Both the position numbers and the translations under genes were made by a program. A stretch of DNA of 47,595 nt from Octopus bimaculoides (Eukaryota): assembly GCF_001194135.2 (NCBI RefSeq), contig NC_068983.1, forward strand, positions 20,915,397 to 20,962,991. Reading direction: 5' to 3'. This document shows, in pieces, positions 1-13,756 of this stretch; position 1 is the first letter of the stretch; each line of letters begins with the position of its first letter. The notes under the pieces were generated by a model. That model was not told the origin of the DNA. It made no database searches and saw only the letters and a program-made list of their open reading frames with translations.

Positions 1-50
<50 letters not shown>
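1..50. repeat. (TA)n microsatellite, representative of dozens of (TA)n/(CA)n/(TG)n tracts, most N-gaps being flanked by (TA)n
   Basis: Direct reading of sequence. Confidence 0.99.
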
Positions 51-53
<3 letters not shown>

Positions 54-724
54 GTGTGTATATATATGTATATATACATATAAACAAATCCATATATGTA
101 TGTTTATATATAGGTATATATGTATATACATGTAAATGTCTACATATATATGTATATCAGTATATATGCGCGCGTTAGGGTGTTTGTACGTGTGTGTATG
201 TGTGTGTCTGCGTGCGTGCATGTGTGTATTTCTGTGTCTGCGTGCGTGCATGTGTGTATATGCAATATATTCACTCCAGTTTCTCGCGTTCTTGCATATT
301 AGAAAGTCAATAGGATTCGTTGCGTGTAATTTTACTCACAGAAAAATTATCTCTCCAAATTCTATAGACAGAAATATTTAAAGATAAATACAGACATCAT
401 CATTCAAATATCCCTCATTTCATGAGCTCATACAGAACATATATATATACACGCGTATATGTGTGTACATATGTATGTGTGAGTCTTTTTATGTATGTGT
501 GTGTCCGCGCGCGCCCGCGATTGCTTGGGTGCGTGCCTGAAAGTATATGACAATAAAATAATCCCTTTGGAATAATATTAAAAGATTTTTCGCTGTGTAA
601 ATGTGGATGATAAGAGATTACTTTACTTATCGTATCAAATTATTTTCTAACACGGAAATATATTAAAAATAATCATATTAGACAACTATTAAAAACGAAA
701 ACAGTGCTGCAGAAATCATACTAC

Positions 725-755
<31 letters not shown>

Positions 756-844
756 ACTTGGGGATGGTCATATTGCCAGTTTAGCCAATAAAAACACACG
801 CACTGTATATTTGGTGTTAATTTTTTTTTTTTTTTTTTCAGCTT

Positions 845-902
845 TATATTACATTAATCTTAATCTTCGAAATAAGATTAAGATTAAGATTAATGTAATA
901 TA
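845..902. repeat. 23-bp perfect inverted repeat (hairpin) abutting an N-gap
   Basis: tatattacattaatcttaatctt (845-867) is the reverse complement of aagattaagattaatgtaatata (880-902), with a 12-nt loop. Confidence 0.9.
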
Positions 903-1547
903 NNNNNNNNNNNNNNNNNNNNNNNNNNNNNNNNNNNNNNNNNNNNNNNNNNNNNNNNNNNNNNNNNNNNNNNNNNNNNNNNNNNNNNNNNNNNNNNNNN
1001 NNNNNNNNNNNNNNNNNNNNNNNNNNNNNNNNNNNNNNNNNNNNNNNNNNNNNNNNNNNNNNNNNNNNNNNNNNNNNNNNNNNNNNNNNNNNNNNNNNNN
1101 NNNNNNNNNNNNNNNNNNNNNNNNNNNNNNNNNNNNNNNNNNNNNNNNNNNNNNNNNNNNNNNNNNNNNNNNNNNNNNNNNNNNNNNNNNNNNNNNNNNN
1201 NNNNNNNNNNNNNNNNNNNNNNNNNNNNNNNNNNNNNNNNNNNNNNNNNNNNNNNNNNNNNNNNNNNNNNNNNNNNNNNNNNNNNNNNNNNNNNNNNNNN
1301 NNNNNNNNNNNNNNNNNNNNNNNNNNNNNNNNNNNNNNNNNNNNNNNNNNNNNNNNNNNNNNNNNNNNNNNNNNNNNNNNNNNNNNNNNNNNNNNNNNNN
1401 NNNNNNNNNNNNNNNNNNNNNNNNNNNNNNNNNNNNNNNNNNNNNNNNNNNNNNNNNNNNNNNNNNNNNNNNNNNNNNNNNNNNNNNNNNNNNNNNNNNN
1501 NNNNNNNNNNNNNNNNNNNNNNNNNNNNNNNNNNNNNNNNNNNNNNN

Positions 1548-1584
<37 letters not shown>

Positions 1585-1596
1585 TTAAATATATAA

Positions 1597-1627
<31 letters not shown>

Positions 1628-1945
1628 TGTACACACATGTATATATATTCATGCCCCCATCTATGTATGTACCTATCGATTTTATATCTATGTGCGTATG
1701 ATCTTACATACATATGCATGCATATCTGTGCGCGTGAGTGTCTGTGTGTGTGAGTGAGTATGTGTTTGTGTGTGTGTTTGCGTGTGTATGTACATGTATG
1801 TAATTAAATGTATATATATATATATATATATTAGATGCAATATAAACAAAATGGATAGTCTATTTAGGCATATTTATTTTTAATATACTTAGGCATGTGG
1901 TGTGTCTGTGCGTATATTCGCGTGTGTTTGTTCGTATGTGTGCGT

Positions 1946-1986
<41 letters not shown>

Positions 1987-2712
1987 TTTATATATATAAC
2001 TTAAACAGATGATCAGATAATCAATCTCAGAGTAATTTTTTTGTAAAAACATATATTTATTTTTTTACCTCAGGCAAAATACAGTTTCGATGAGAAAAAC
2101 CTATGTGAAAATATATTCTCAAGTGTTTTTGACGTGGATGTACGCGTATATATATATGTTTACATATGTAAAACAATGTACATTACTGAAAGAAAGAAGA
2201 ATGCATAGTGTGAAGAAAAAATCCTATTTGTATCTATCTATACACACACTTACACACACTTACACACACTTACACACACTTACACACACACACACACACA
2301 CACACCCGCACGCACACACACACACACACACATACGCACATATATATATATTTGTGCTCCATGTATAATCAGTCTATTAGGCTCATACGCAAATTCGAAT
2401 TCAATCATTTTCAAAAACAACGATAGCAATCTCTCAAGTGTGAGGTTCTGTATTAAAAAAAAAGGCTCAGTTTATTTTTTTTCCATGAATAGATATACGT
2501 AGACGCCATACGCAGATTTCATAGTTATGAAATGTAATGTTATTCTTACACGCAGTAGAAGGTATAGAATACCGGCACCTACATATACATATCACTTACC
2601 TTATGCATGATATATTATGCATATAGATATACAGTGATGTGAATTTATACACCCACACACACACATACACACACACATACACACACATACACACACGCAC
2701 ACGCACATGCAT

Positions 2713-2777
<65 letters not shown>

Positions 2778-3075
2778 NNNNNNNNNNNNNNNNNNNNNNN
2801 NNNNNNNNNNNNNNNNNNNNNNNNNNNNNNNNNNNNNNNNNNNNNNNNNNNNNNNNNNNNNNNNNNNNNNNNNNNNNNNNNNNNNNNNNNNNNNNNNNNN
2901 NNNNNNNNNNNNNNNNNNNNNNNNNNNNNNNNNNNNNNNNNNNNNNNNNNNNNNNNNNNNNNNNNNNNNNNNNNNNNNNNNNNNNNNNNNNNNNNNNNNN
3001 NNNNNNNNNNNNNNNNNNNNNNNNNNNNNNNNNNNNNNNNNNNNNNNNNNNNNNNNNNNNNNNNNNNNNNNNNNN

Positions 3076-3120
<45 letters not shown>

Positions 3121-3244
3121 TATACACATGCGCATGCATCTTCGCAGGAATGTCGATACATACATATTTTCACGCATGTACAGTGTCTGTTTCTATAATT
3201 ATTAAGTCTCACAGGTGGTCTTCCCGAACGCTATTGCAGCAAAT

Positions 3245-3587
3245 AAGGGCTTCTCAACAACGTTTTTTCCGGATCCCTTTGGTTTCTATTTTATTCAGGT
3301 GGATCCCCATACCCATTGAAATTTGAAAAATTAGTTTTATAGAAACTTTTCAAAATCCTTGCTTTATTTTACGCACATTAACTTTTGTGTGTGCATCTAT
3401 AAAAAATGTAAGAGGAAAACAAACGAGCAGTTTCTTGCAATACATACAAATACATACATCTAACATGTTTTCGGGGGCACTTAAAATCCTGTTGTTGATC
3501 CCTATTTTAATATTTTGTTACGTGGACCTCCAAAAATCGTATATGGACCCTCAGGGGTCATACATAGACACCAGTTGAGAAACACTG
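3245..3587. mobile_element. hAT/Charlie-like MITE, degenerate
   Basis: Left aagggcttctcaac (3245-3258) vs right gttgagaaacactg (3574-3587, reverse complement cagtgtttctcaac), 11/14 match and close to the CAGTGGTTCTCAAC hAT-Charlie terminus. Subterminal ggaccc/ggggtc motifs. No clean 8-bp TSD seen. Confidence 0.6.
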
Positions 3588-4673
3588 AGACAACTATTGG
3601 CTTCTAAATGGTGAGAATTGTTATTATTATAGTTGTTGGATGATGCTCGTTCCTCTGGGGTAGGTCTAGTTTTGTTTTAGTGTCGATAATCCGGCAACTA
3701 TTAACTTTTGAAAGTCTTGGGAGGCTTCTTGTGCAATATAGTGTCCATTCATATTAGAAATTCTTTCGAGACTACGACTTTGTTTCAGTGATAATTACAG
3801 ATTGAAATTACGTATCTGAAGGTTTCGCTGATGTTAGCAGTATGAAAGTAGATATATTGTGGGAGAATACTCTGGGCCTAGGTGTACCAGTTCTTATAAG
3901 CGAATACACGGCAGTTCGGTAGTTACATTGTACGTAGGAGCAAGGAGTGTCTTTTTTTTTTTTTTTTTGCAGAACGTTTTTGAATATAGTAGGCATGTCA
4001 ATATCCATGGTCAAAATCTTTAAAATATTGCTAGAGAATAAGGTAGTGATTCATTTTCCTTGTACCTGAAAGTGTTCATACGTTAAGTGAATATCCCTTT
4101 GCGGTTATTGGTTATGATTATGGTGTAGTTCCTCAGAAAACCATCTACTTTTAGACAGAAGAATATCTTCAGTGAACAAGTGTATAGATTTTAGCAAATA
4201 CAGGTAGTTGCCTGCATAAAGGTGGAGTAGATGTATCATTTTTGTGTCTTCAGTAGTAAGCTGTGTTTGAGTCAATGTTGTCTACACAAGACTAGATAGC
4301 CTTAATCGTTTGTGCATTAAAATATTGTAATGTGTATGTGCTAGGCTTGTGAAAATAATAAGGAAAGAAAACTTAACAGTATTATCGTAAATTTAACTAA
4401 AAATTTTCATTTCAATGGAATTTCTAACGGAGGTTTAGACTAGTCCAAGTCTTACTCCTGATTCGTCTTCTTTCCTTTATATATCCAGTAGTCGTTCCAT
4501 AACGAAGTAGTGCCGAATTCCAGGATATATTCTAAGACCGCAACTGGTTAAAAGAACATATCCGGTTCTTCGACCAACGATAATCAACTTCTTTACATGC
4601 AGCATCCCAAACAACCGAAAAGACCTACCTTTTGCGTTTGAGAAATATAAAATACATCAAACATTTGGTAGAA

Positions 4674-4705
<32 letters not shown>

Positions 4706-4739
4706 GTATAAATATATATATATATGTATATATATATAA

Positions 4740-4782
<43 letters not shown>

Positions 4783-7700
4783 TACATATGCATGCATGCG
4801 TGTATGTGCGTATGCATAAATATCAATATATATACACATACATATATGCATATATATAGGGAGAACGTGTGAGAAAGAGAGGATGAGGGCGAAAGATATC
4901 GAAACATACATACGTACTTTTATATATGTATATACATATGCATTTTCGTCTATGTACATATAGACATACAGACATAAAAACATATCTTAATATACATAGA
5001 GGCATATGTGCCCAAACATCACGTTAGTGCTTTAAAGAATTTGCCTCTTGCGTTAGTCTCTGTGTGTTTATGATTGTGTGTGTATATGTGCAGTTATTTA
5101 ATCCTGATCTATAATTCTGTTGAGTCTTCAGAGGTTTATTCTATTTCCATGACTACATCTAAAACTGAAAATTGATTTTATTTACAAGGTGTTTATTTTT
5201 CCACAGAATGGAGCATTTTTCACTTTTTTCCGAAGGCGCAGAATTTGCGCGGATTTCCTGCTGCTGGGTGCAGTATTAGGCTAAATGATAATTAACCTCC
5301 TAGATCTACTATGATCATTCAAACACCATATATGATTTGAGAGTGATGTATCTTTCTATTTTTTTACATGCTTAAATAATCGTTCTTGAAATAGTCTCCC
5401 TTAAACTCCAAGATTAAAGATTGAAAGAGTGTTTATCGTGAGCACTTAGATAGTTGCTTGGTTGATCAGTAACTTAGCTCTGCGTTATTTGTCCAAAGAA
5501 TATGGTTCCTTACTATGTCAATCACAGCAAAATCATTTCTTCATAGATTCATAGGTGTATTTTGATTACCATCAACGGAAATGTTTTAGGGAATTGGGGC
5601 TTACTACGGGGTTTACAAAATCTATGTAACTGAGACATTCTTATTTGTTATCCGAAAATATTTACCCCTAGACACAATTATCACAAAGTAATCATTCGGC
5701 AACCCAGCTACAGTTGTTTCATTAAAAAAAGGATTACCCTCACTGGAAATAGGTCTCCTTTGTTATCTGAGAGTCGTTCATATGCATTTAATGGACCATT
5801 CGATGAAACCTAGAAGACGTAAACCTATTTTCAAAGACTTTTTTGAAATAATCTGCAATTCTAGGATAACAGATATAATGACCAAAATTCCTTATAAATA
5901 AGATAAACGCAATGAGATTTTGCGATTAATTGTTTGTGCGTCTCTGTTTGTAACTGTGTACATAATTGTGTACGTAAGTATATATATATATTTTATATAT
6001 ATATATATGTGTGTGTGTGTGTATGTGTATAGATAGATAGATAAATATATAGAGAGATATTCATACATTCATATATTCATATATTCAAGCCGGTCAATGC
6101 GATTATATTTTCGTTTCCAGCAATGTGAGAGAGAAATACGGAATACAACAAAGTGATAAAGATATCAAAATATCATAACTCAGAATATACATTTATGCAT
6201 TTACATATGTGTGTGTGTGTGTGTGTGTGAGTGTGTGTGAGTGTGTGCACTCGGCGATATGTGGGAGAGTGAGAGAAAGAGAGAGAAAGAGAAAAAAGAG
6301 AAAGAAAAAGAGAGAGAAACTGTAACCAAAAATAATAATTTATCATAGGTGAGATATGTTAAATTCTATGTCATTCAAGACATCAGCCATTTTCATCATG
6401 CAAGAAGATCATTTTTCATAGAGTTTTGTGTATTCTCCCTTTTGACGCTCGCTCATTTATCATTAATTCAAATATAACTTCTTTCTAAATATCATTATTT
6501 ACTTGCTCTTACTTATACTTTTGACAGTATGCCTCTTATTGTTGATGTAACCGTCATTATTGTTTGAAATCATTATTTAAATTTCCACGTGTCCTTCTCG
6601 CCTTTAACAGCTTCATCGCTCCCCTCATGCACACAACTTTAGTAACATTTTTCTTATCGTTGTAGAATTTCATCCAATTTATATGGCTTTGTTGATTTTG
6701 GTATTCATTCGCCTTTTCTTTATTATAGTTTTCTATTATTATCCGTAATCGTTTGTGCTGCTCCGACATTAACGCTCACTGCTATTGATCATATTCACTT
6801 GTTTGTTATCTCATTGCTGTCGTTGCTGTTGATGGTGATATTTAACGTTAAGGTGAGTCCTGGTTCGGGAGACCTAAGCTCAAAAGCTTCCCAACTATCA
6901 ATAATCCGTCTGTTTTTTGTTTGTTTTTTTTTTTCTGCTGACATATTGTATATAGCAATATATTATCTAAAGTATTCTAGCTGTAATACCAACACTCACC
7001 AATAGAACCCTTACCGACGTCCTTGTCCAACGACATTAGAGAACAATAGATCAACAGCAGCCTGTTGAAAAATTCGTACAGAAACCAGATTAGAGTTACC
7101 GGTAAACGTCCGTTTGAAGTGTTAGATAGATAGACTATATCTAACAGCAACTACTCACTGGGATAAGAACAAATTAAAACAAACTGTTGGTACCACGGGG
7201 GACATTATTTCAAACTAACAAACCAGAAACATTAATTAAGTGCAATTTAGGCGATGCCCATCATGCAGTGAGGTGCCGGTTGATCGCGATATATTTCATT
7301 AAGAACAAAAAGTAGATCCTGAATCGTTGATGAAAGTTGATTATGAATTCCCGTTACTAATTTTTTTCAAAAACCGCTTTATGTGTGCCAGGCTTCTTAA
7401 TTCCAATTGACAATCAGACAGTTAAAATTCAGAAGCATTCATCAGAGTGAAAGTGAATTTCACATTGAATGTTCTCATGGTTTCAAGTTTAAACTATAAA
7501 ATGCATTTCCTCTTCAGACGTTCAGTTTTAGACCATGATCTTGTCGCTTGAATTCCTGGAGTTAGCAGAGCATAATGTTCTTGAACATGACATTTCATTT
7601 CATGCGGCTCCCATCTAAGTTTCATCAAAATGAATACTAGCAGGGTGCCGTTCTAGCTTTCTTACCCCAGCTATCAAAACCTTGATATGCTGTTAGATCG

Positions 7701-8039
7701 ATAGTGTGACTTCGTCTGTACGTTACCTTATTAGCCACTAAAACAATTAGCGTAAACGTGTTACATGTTACCAGGTCATAACGGGTACAGGTAACGAGTG
7801 ACTGTACTATACTTCAACATAACTCGACGGTTACATATGTTGCATGGTTATATATTTGGTTTGTGCTTTTTTTTAAAAATAAAACAACAATCAGCGCGAC
7901 AAAATACATTTGTTTCGTCCAGAGACATGTCAGATAGTGATAAAGAATAGCCTTATTATGTAGAGATATATATATACAAATATATAGAAATATATACATA
8001 TGGGCCGAGAGATAACCCAACCGATGCAAGCTTTTCTTT

Positions 8040-8470
8040 ATCGTGGATGTGACGATAATGAAGCAGGGTTAGTAGTAATGATAATAAGGAGGAGGAGGAG
8101 GAAGAGGAAGGTGAAGAAGATAATACTGATGATGACTGTGGTCGTGATAAATCATGTACTTGTAACACTGGCAGTAGTGACATTAAAGGGAAAAAATAAA
8201 TATGAAGATTATTATGAGGATAGCAATGACACCGATGATGATGATGATGATGATGATGCTGTTGGGGATCAACATGGTAATGATGGTACATAAGGTATAG
8301 ATGGCGATGTTAGATGGTGAAGATGGAGGAAAAGCTTGTGTGGTTGCGATGGTGATGAATATGCCGAAGTTGGCATAGATAATGATGACGAATGATGATA
8401 GCGACGATGATGACGATGACGACGATGACGACGACGACGACGACGACGACGATGATGATGATGATGGTGG

Positions 8471-8503
<33 letters not shown>

Positions 8504-8660
8504 CGGTGATGCGACTGATAATAGTAATGGCTCTGGTGGCGGTGTTCTGACTGATTGCAGTGATGGGGAGGTCTTCGCTGTGGTCGTCATCGTATTATAT
8601 TGGTTGGCTTTGATGTGTAGATGTATTGGTGATGGTTTTAATGTTTTGATGGCACCAAGT
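8040..8660. repeat. Compound (GAT)n/(GAC)n/(GGA)n/(GGT)n trinucleotide low-complexity region
   Basis: Direct reading. It generates poly-D/S/H ORFs in several frames. Confidence 0.95.
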
Positions 8661-8790
8661 TGATAGTGGGTGATAGGAGCAATAAAATGGCCGTTTATCT
8701 TTAACGCATCTCAGTACATACACAAACACACACACGTATATATGTGTATATATAAATAAATAAATAAATATGTGTGTATGTATGTGCATT

Positions 8791-8847
<57 letters not shown>

Positions 8848-9645
8848 TACCTAATGTATATATATATGTATATAGGTATGTATGTGTGTATGAAAACAGT
8901 GTCATGCATGCAAACAAACATTTCATATAAAACATATATGCATACATAGAGATGAGCTCAAACATCCATATATACATTCCATTATATTTATGCACTGAGA
9001 GAAGCTAACAATAAATGCATACATACATGTATACATACATACGTACATATAAGCATATATACAAACATAGATGCATACGTATTCATACAATTGCACATGA
9101 AAATACACTTGCAAAGAAACACATGCATCGTAAGTATATAAACTTGTACATTCACAAAAAGTATTCTTGAATACATGGAGGCAAGCCCTTCCACACATGA
9201 ATACATACGTTACATTTATACACGTTCATAGACACCTATATGCATTAGTATATAGGTAGCCACATGCTCCTATGCATTAAATATTTATAAATATATACAT
9301 ATACAAACACGTATACGTACAGCTTTCACGCTAAAACTCCCACAGATGCTTACAACGACAATTCCATGCACACATTAATATGTACACATTTGAACGCATG
9401 GATACAACAGAGGCGAGGTGTACATGCACACATGCATGCATTAAGATAATTTCATACAAGTAAATTAATATATACATACATACATAAACCTATAAACACA
9501 TAAATGTATACATAAAGGACGTCCAAAAAGGTGTATATACACACACGTGCGTGCAAGAACACAAACATATAAGTAAAAATGCAAATTTCATATGCACAGA
9601 AATACCTTAATATATGCACACATCTATGTACAACTACCTACCTAC

Positions 9646-9706
<61 letters not shown>

Positions 9707-10189
9707 TACATGCAGGTATCAATTTCCTACATACAAATACAAAAAACAATAATAAACAAAAACCCGCATGTGCTTATATGCATGAAAGCCTCCGACAGGT
9801 ATAAGCAAACGATCTCTCCATCGATCTATTACATCATCCTTATCTATCTATCGATCAACAAAGATATTCATCTGTCTAACTGCATATCTATTTCTAAATC
9901 TATCTACGAGGCTATCAATATACCTATCAATCAATTCAGCTGGCTTGTTATAATTCAAAGTATTTCTTCCTCTCTGTCTGTCTGTGTCTCTTTCTATCTA
10001 ACTAAGTGTATATATGTGTGTGAGGGGTGTATGTGTGTGTGTGCGTGTATACTTGAATATAAATATATGTATGTATGGATAGATAGATAGATATATATTC
10101 ATATCTACATATATACAGACTCACACGAGCGTAAGTAGATATATGTGTGTGTGTGTGTGTTTTAGTTTTGGTGTTTGTTTTTTCTCGAG

Positions 10190-10465
10190 GCATGTCTCGT
10201 TCCTAAGGGCCGGTTTCCTGGTTTCTTTGGCGTATAGGTTCCCCACCTGGATAGGTCTGTCGCAGGTGTGCTGCTAAATGCAAAAGGTAAGAGTAAGAGA
10301 AAGCTGTGGCGAAAGAGTCTGCAGACGTTCCACCATTACTTTCTGCTGCAGCCACATGGAGCTTAGGTGATTTGCTCATATACAGTCACATCATTCTGTT
10401 TGAGATTCGAACCCGCAATCCCTCAACCGCGAATCCACTGCTCTAACCACTAGACCATGTGACTC
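10190..10465 (-). mobile_element. tRNA-derived SINE (type C head) with a 3' body resembling the Meta domain
   Basis: Minus strand begins gagtcacaTGGTCTAGTGGttagagc...gcGGTTCGAATCtc (A and B boxes). The middle is alignable by eye to the SINE at 33717-33926. The distal part cctgcgacagacctatccaggtgggga...gaaaccgg resembles the MetaSINE domain from recall, unverified. Confidence 0.8.
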
Positions 10466-10473
10466 TACATGTG

Positions 10474-10506
<33 letters not shown>

Positions 10507-10581
10507 NNNNNNNNNNGTATGTATGTATGTATGTATATATGTGTGTATATACATAGACATACATATATACATATATATGTG

Positions 10582-10619
<38 letters not shown>

Positions 10620-10641
10620 TGTACGTATGTATGTATGTATG

Positions 10642-10672
<31 letters not shown>

Positions 10673-11243
10673 GTGTGTAAATATATGTTTACCTAAAACT
10701 TTAAAGCAGACATCTCTTTAACGAAATATCAATAAACAAATAATTAAATACATTAACAAATAAAAACATCAATCAGTCATTCTAACTAACTTTCTGTGGT
10801 GCTATATATGGCCAACAGAAGCAGTGAGTGATTCACATGATCTTCTCTGCTGCTGTCTGGGTAGCTGGGACATGACGTTAGCGGTGATGGTGGGGTGGGT
10901 GCTGCTAGCGATGAGGTTATGAATGATGACGTAAGATCATATAAGGATATAGAGGAAAGTAGAGATGGTCATTATGATAATGATGGAGTTAACAGTGCTG
11001 GTCATGTATTGCAGGTGGTGATGGTGGTGGGGGTGGAGGAACTAGTGGAGATGGTGATGGTAGTGGGGACATGTATGTATGGCACGCATGTGTTCGTATG
11101 AAGTACGTAAGTGCGACGAAACGCATATGTGTGAACAAACGCATGCGTGTACACAAACACACACACAATGTGTAGATACACGCACAGTAATGCATATATG
11201 AAAATAAATATTTGTGAGTGTGTGTGTAATAAAAATACATTAG

Positions 11244-11274
<31 letters not shown>

Positions 11275-11474
11275 TATATGTATAGGCTAATAGTTGATAA
11301 TTCGAATGGTATACACGTTACTCTCAGTGTTTTATGGGTAGGTAATTAATGAGAGAGACGGAAGATGGAGTATTGTAGCTGTGTCTCCTGAGGCGATTTC
11401 AAAGTGTACCTTGTTAAAGTATACTCTTGAAATCACCTGAGAAGAGACGTCTACACCGAAGGATCACCTAAGCC

Positions 11475-11969
11475 AGAATAATTAAATTAGGATGAGGTGA
11501 ATTTGATGTGTCACAGCCGTTTTTGGGATAACCCAAGTGGTAGGTTAGCATGACCACGCACTGGGTGTTCCGTCATCAGAGACAAACTATGAATATTTCA
11601 GACAGGAAAAATTTACAGTTTACAGGGGATAAAATAGATTCACAGTTTATAAGGAACAAAATACAAGAATAAAAGAGTAATTAGAAGAATGAAGAGTAAA
11701 GATAGAGAACATGCGGGAGAATAATGATCACGACTGGATCTTGCTTGGTACTTCTATGAATGTACAGATCTTTAGTTAAAATCTCAGTTAAATCCAGGCG
11801 TTATTTTGGCAGTATTTTGAATGACGTATTCATATTGAAGCGATAGATAGTATGTAAATGTGTATATAGAGTGAGAAAGTAAGGTAGATATAAATGTAAA
11901 CGCACCACTTGGGTTATCCCAGAACGACTGTAAGACATCAAATTCAGCTTACCCTACTTAAATTATTCT
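11475..11969. mobile_element. Diverged inverted repeat pair (about 66-bp arms) carrying decayed Penelope-type hammerhead remnants
   Basis: 11475-11541 agaataattaaattaggatgaggtgaatttgatgtgtcacagccgtttttgggataacccaagtggt aligns to the reverse complement of 11904-11969. Minus-strand tgtct-CTGATGA at 11584-11573. Plus arm has agaac-gact-GTA-agaca. Confidence 0.65.
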
Positions 11970-12814
11970 AAATGACCTGAGATACTTGTTCTTCTTGGTT
12001 TTGCTTTTACCTCATATATATATATATATANNNNNNNNNNNNNNNNNNNNNNNNNNNNNNNNNNNNNNNNNNNNNNNNNNNNNNNNNNNNNNNNNNNNNN
12101 NNNNNNNNNNNNNNNNNNNNNNNNNNNNNNNNNNNNNNNNNNNNNNNNNNNNNNNNNNNNNNNNNNNNNNNNNNNNNNNNNNNNNNNNNNNNNNNNNNNN
12201 NNNNNNNNNNNNNNNNNNNNNNNNNNNNNNNNNNNNNNNNNNNNNNNNNNNNNNNNNNNNNNNNNNNNNNNNNNNNNNNNNNNNNNNNNNNNNNNNNNNN
12301 NNNNNNNNNNNNNNNNNNNNNNNNNNNNNNNNNNNNNNNNNNNNNNNNNNNNNNNNNNNNNNNNNNNNNNNNNNNNNNNNNNNNNNNNNNNNNNNNNNNN
12401 NNNNNNNNNNNNNNNNNNNNNNNNNNNNNNNNNNNNNNNNNNNNNNNNNNNNNNNNNNNNNNNNNNNNNNNNNNNNNNNNNNNNNNNNNNNNNNNNNNNN
12501 NNNNNNNNNNNNNNNNNNNNNNNNNNNNNNNNNNNNNNNNNNNNNNNNNNNNNNNNNNNNNNNNNNNNNNNNNNNNNNNNNNNNNNNNNNNNTATATATA
12601 TATATATATGTATGTATGTATATATGTATATATATATATAAATTAATTGATTAATTAGTCATCTGTAGCTCGCCAGTAAAATCACTGCAAAATGTATAAA
12701 TGCATAAATATGCGACTACTATACGTACCGAAAACACAAAGTAAGCACATGCGCAATTCAGTTCCATCTTTATACATCAAGAATTCAAATAGAATGCCCT
12801 CAAATCGTTAATCA

Positions 12815-13610
12815 GTTAATCTATTAGTTAATTTCTTCGGTCATTAATGGTGAAACTCACGAATATAAGGTTAACTGTAATTCTTATTCACTCAAAAGTC
12901 TTCCTCGCGTACGAACAGCGTGCTTTAATATAAGAATGTTCTTCCTGGTTTTGGTATTTGACTGTCATTGTTAGCATGTAAGAAATCCACATGGTGGTTT
13001 TCTTTCCGTGTATATTCCATACACTATTATATTTTTAAATATTCGTGTCTTCTGACCTTTATTACGCATGCTAACCACTGGTGTGAATTATTTCATAATT
13101 TTTACACTTGTATTTACAAAAGATAAATATTTAAATTCTTAGGCCATGTAGTATACGTTTGAATTTATTCACTGCTATACTACTCTTATTTTACACGTTG
13201 ATTTGAGGGCATTCGATTTGAATTCTAGATGTATAATGATGGAACTGAATGCGCATGTCTTTACTTTGTTTTCGGTACGTATTGTAGTCTCATATTTATA
13301 CATTTTACAGCGACTTTACTATCGAGTTACGGATGACTAATTAATCAATTAATTAACTTATTGGTTGATTTATTTGGTCATTAATCGTGAAAATCTTGAG
13401 TATAAGGTTAACTGAAATTTTTATTCATTCAAATGTGCTCGCGTACATACAGCGTGCTTTAATATAAGAACGGTTTTTTTTGGTGGCTTCGAGCTTTGAC
13501 TGCAATTTTTAGCATGTAGGAAATCCACATGGTGGTTTTCTCGCCGTGTATATTTCATACACTATTATATTTTAAAATATTATGTCTTCTGACTTTTATT
13601 ACGCATGATA
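12815..13610. repeat. Diverged direct (tandem-like) duplication, about 270-bp homologous blocks, offset about 537 bp
   Basis: ggtcattaat...tataaggttaactg...ctcgcgtac..acagcgtgctttaatataagaa...aaatccacatggtggttttct...tacactattatattt...gtcttctgac.tttattacgcatg occurs at about 12839-13070 and about 13376-13607. Confidence 0.9.
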
Positions 13611-13657
13611 ATTACCAGCATAAATTATTTCGTAATTATTACCCTTGTATTTATAGA

Positions 13658-13658
13658 G

Positions 13659-13752
<94 letters not shown>
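13658..13752. repeat. Long perfect (GT)n microsatellite
   Basis: Direct reading. Confidence 0.98.

Positions 13753-13756
<4 letters not shown>

Noticed and set aside
3590-4590. Coding-like composition suggesting an old transposon ORF
   Set aside because: All frames are interrupted and no RT, endonuclease or transposase motif was recognisable.
7956-8663. Poly-Asp, poly-Ser and poly-His ORFs
   Set aside because: Trinucleotide repeats open in several frames on both strands, with no flanking domain or splice support.
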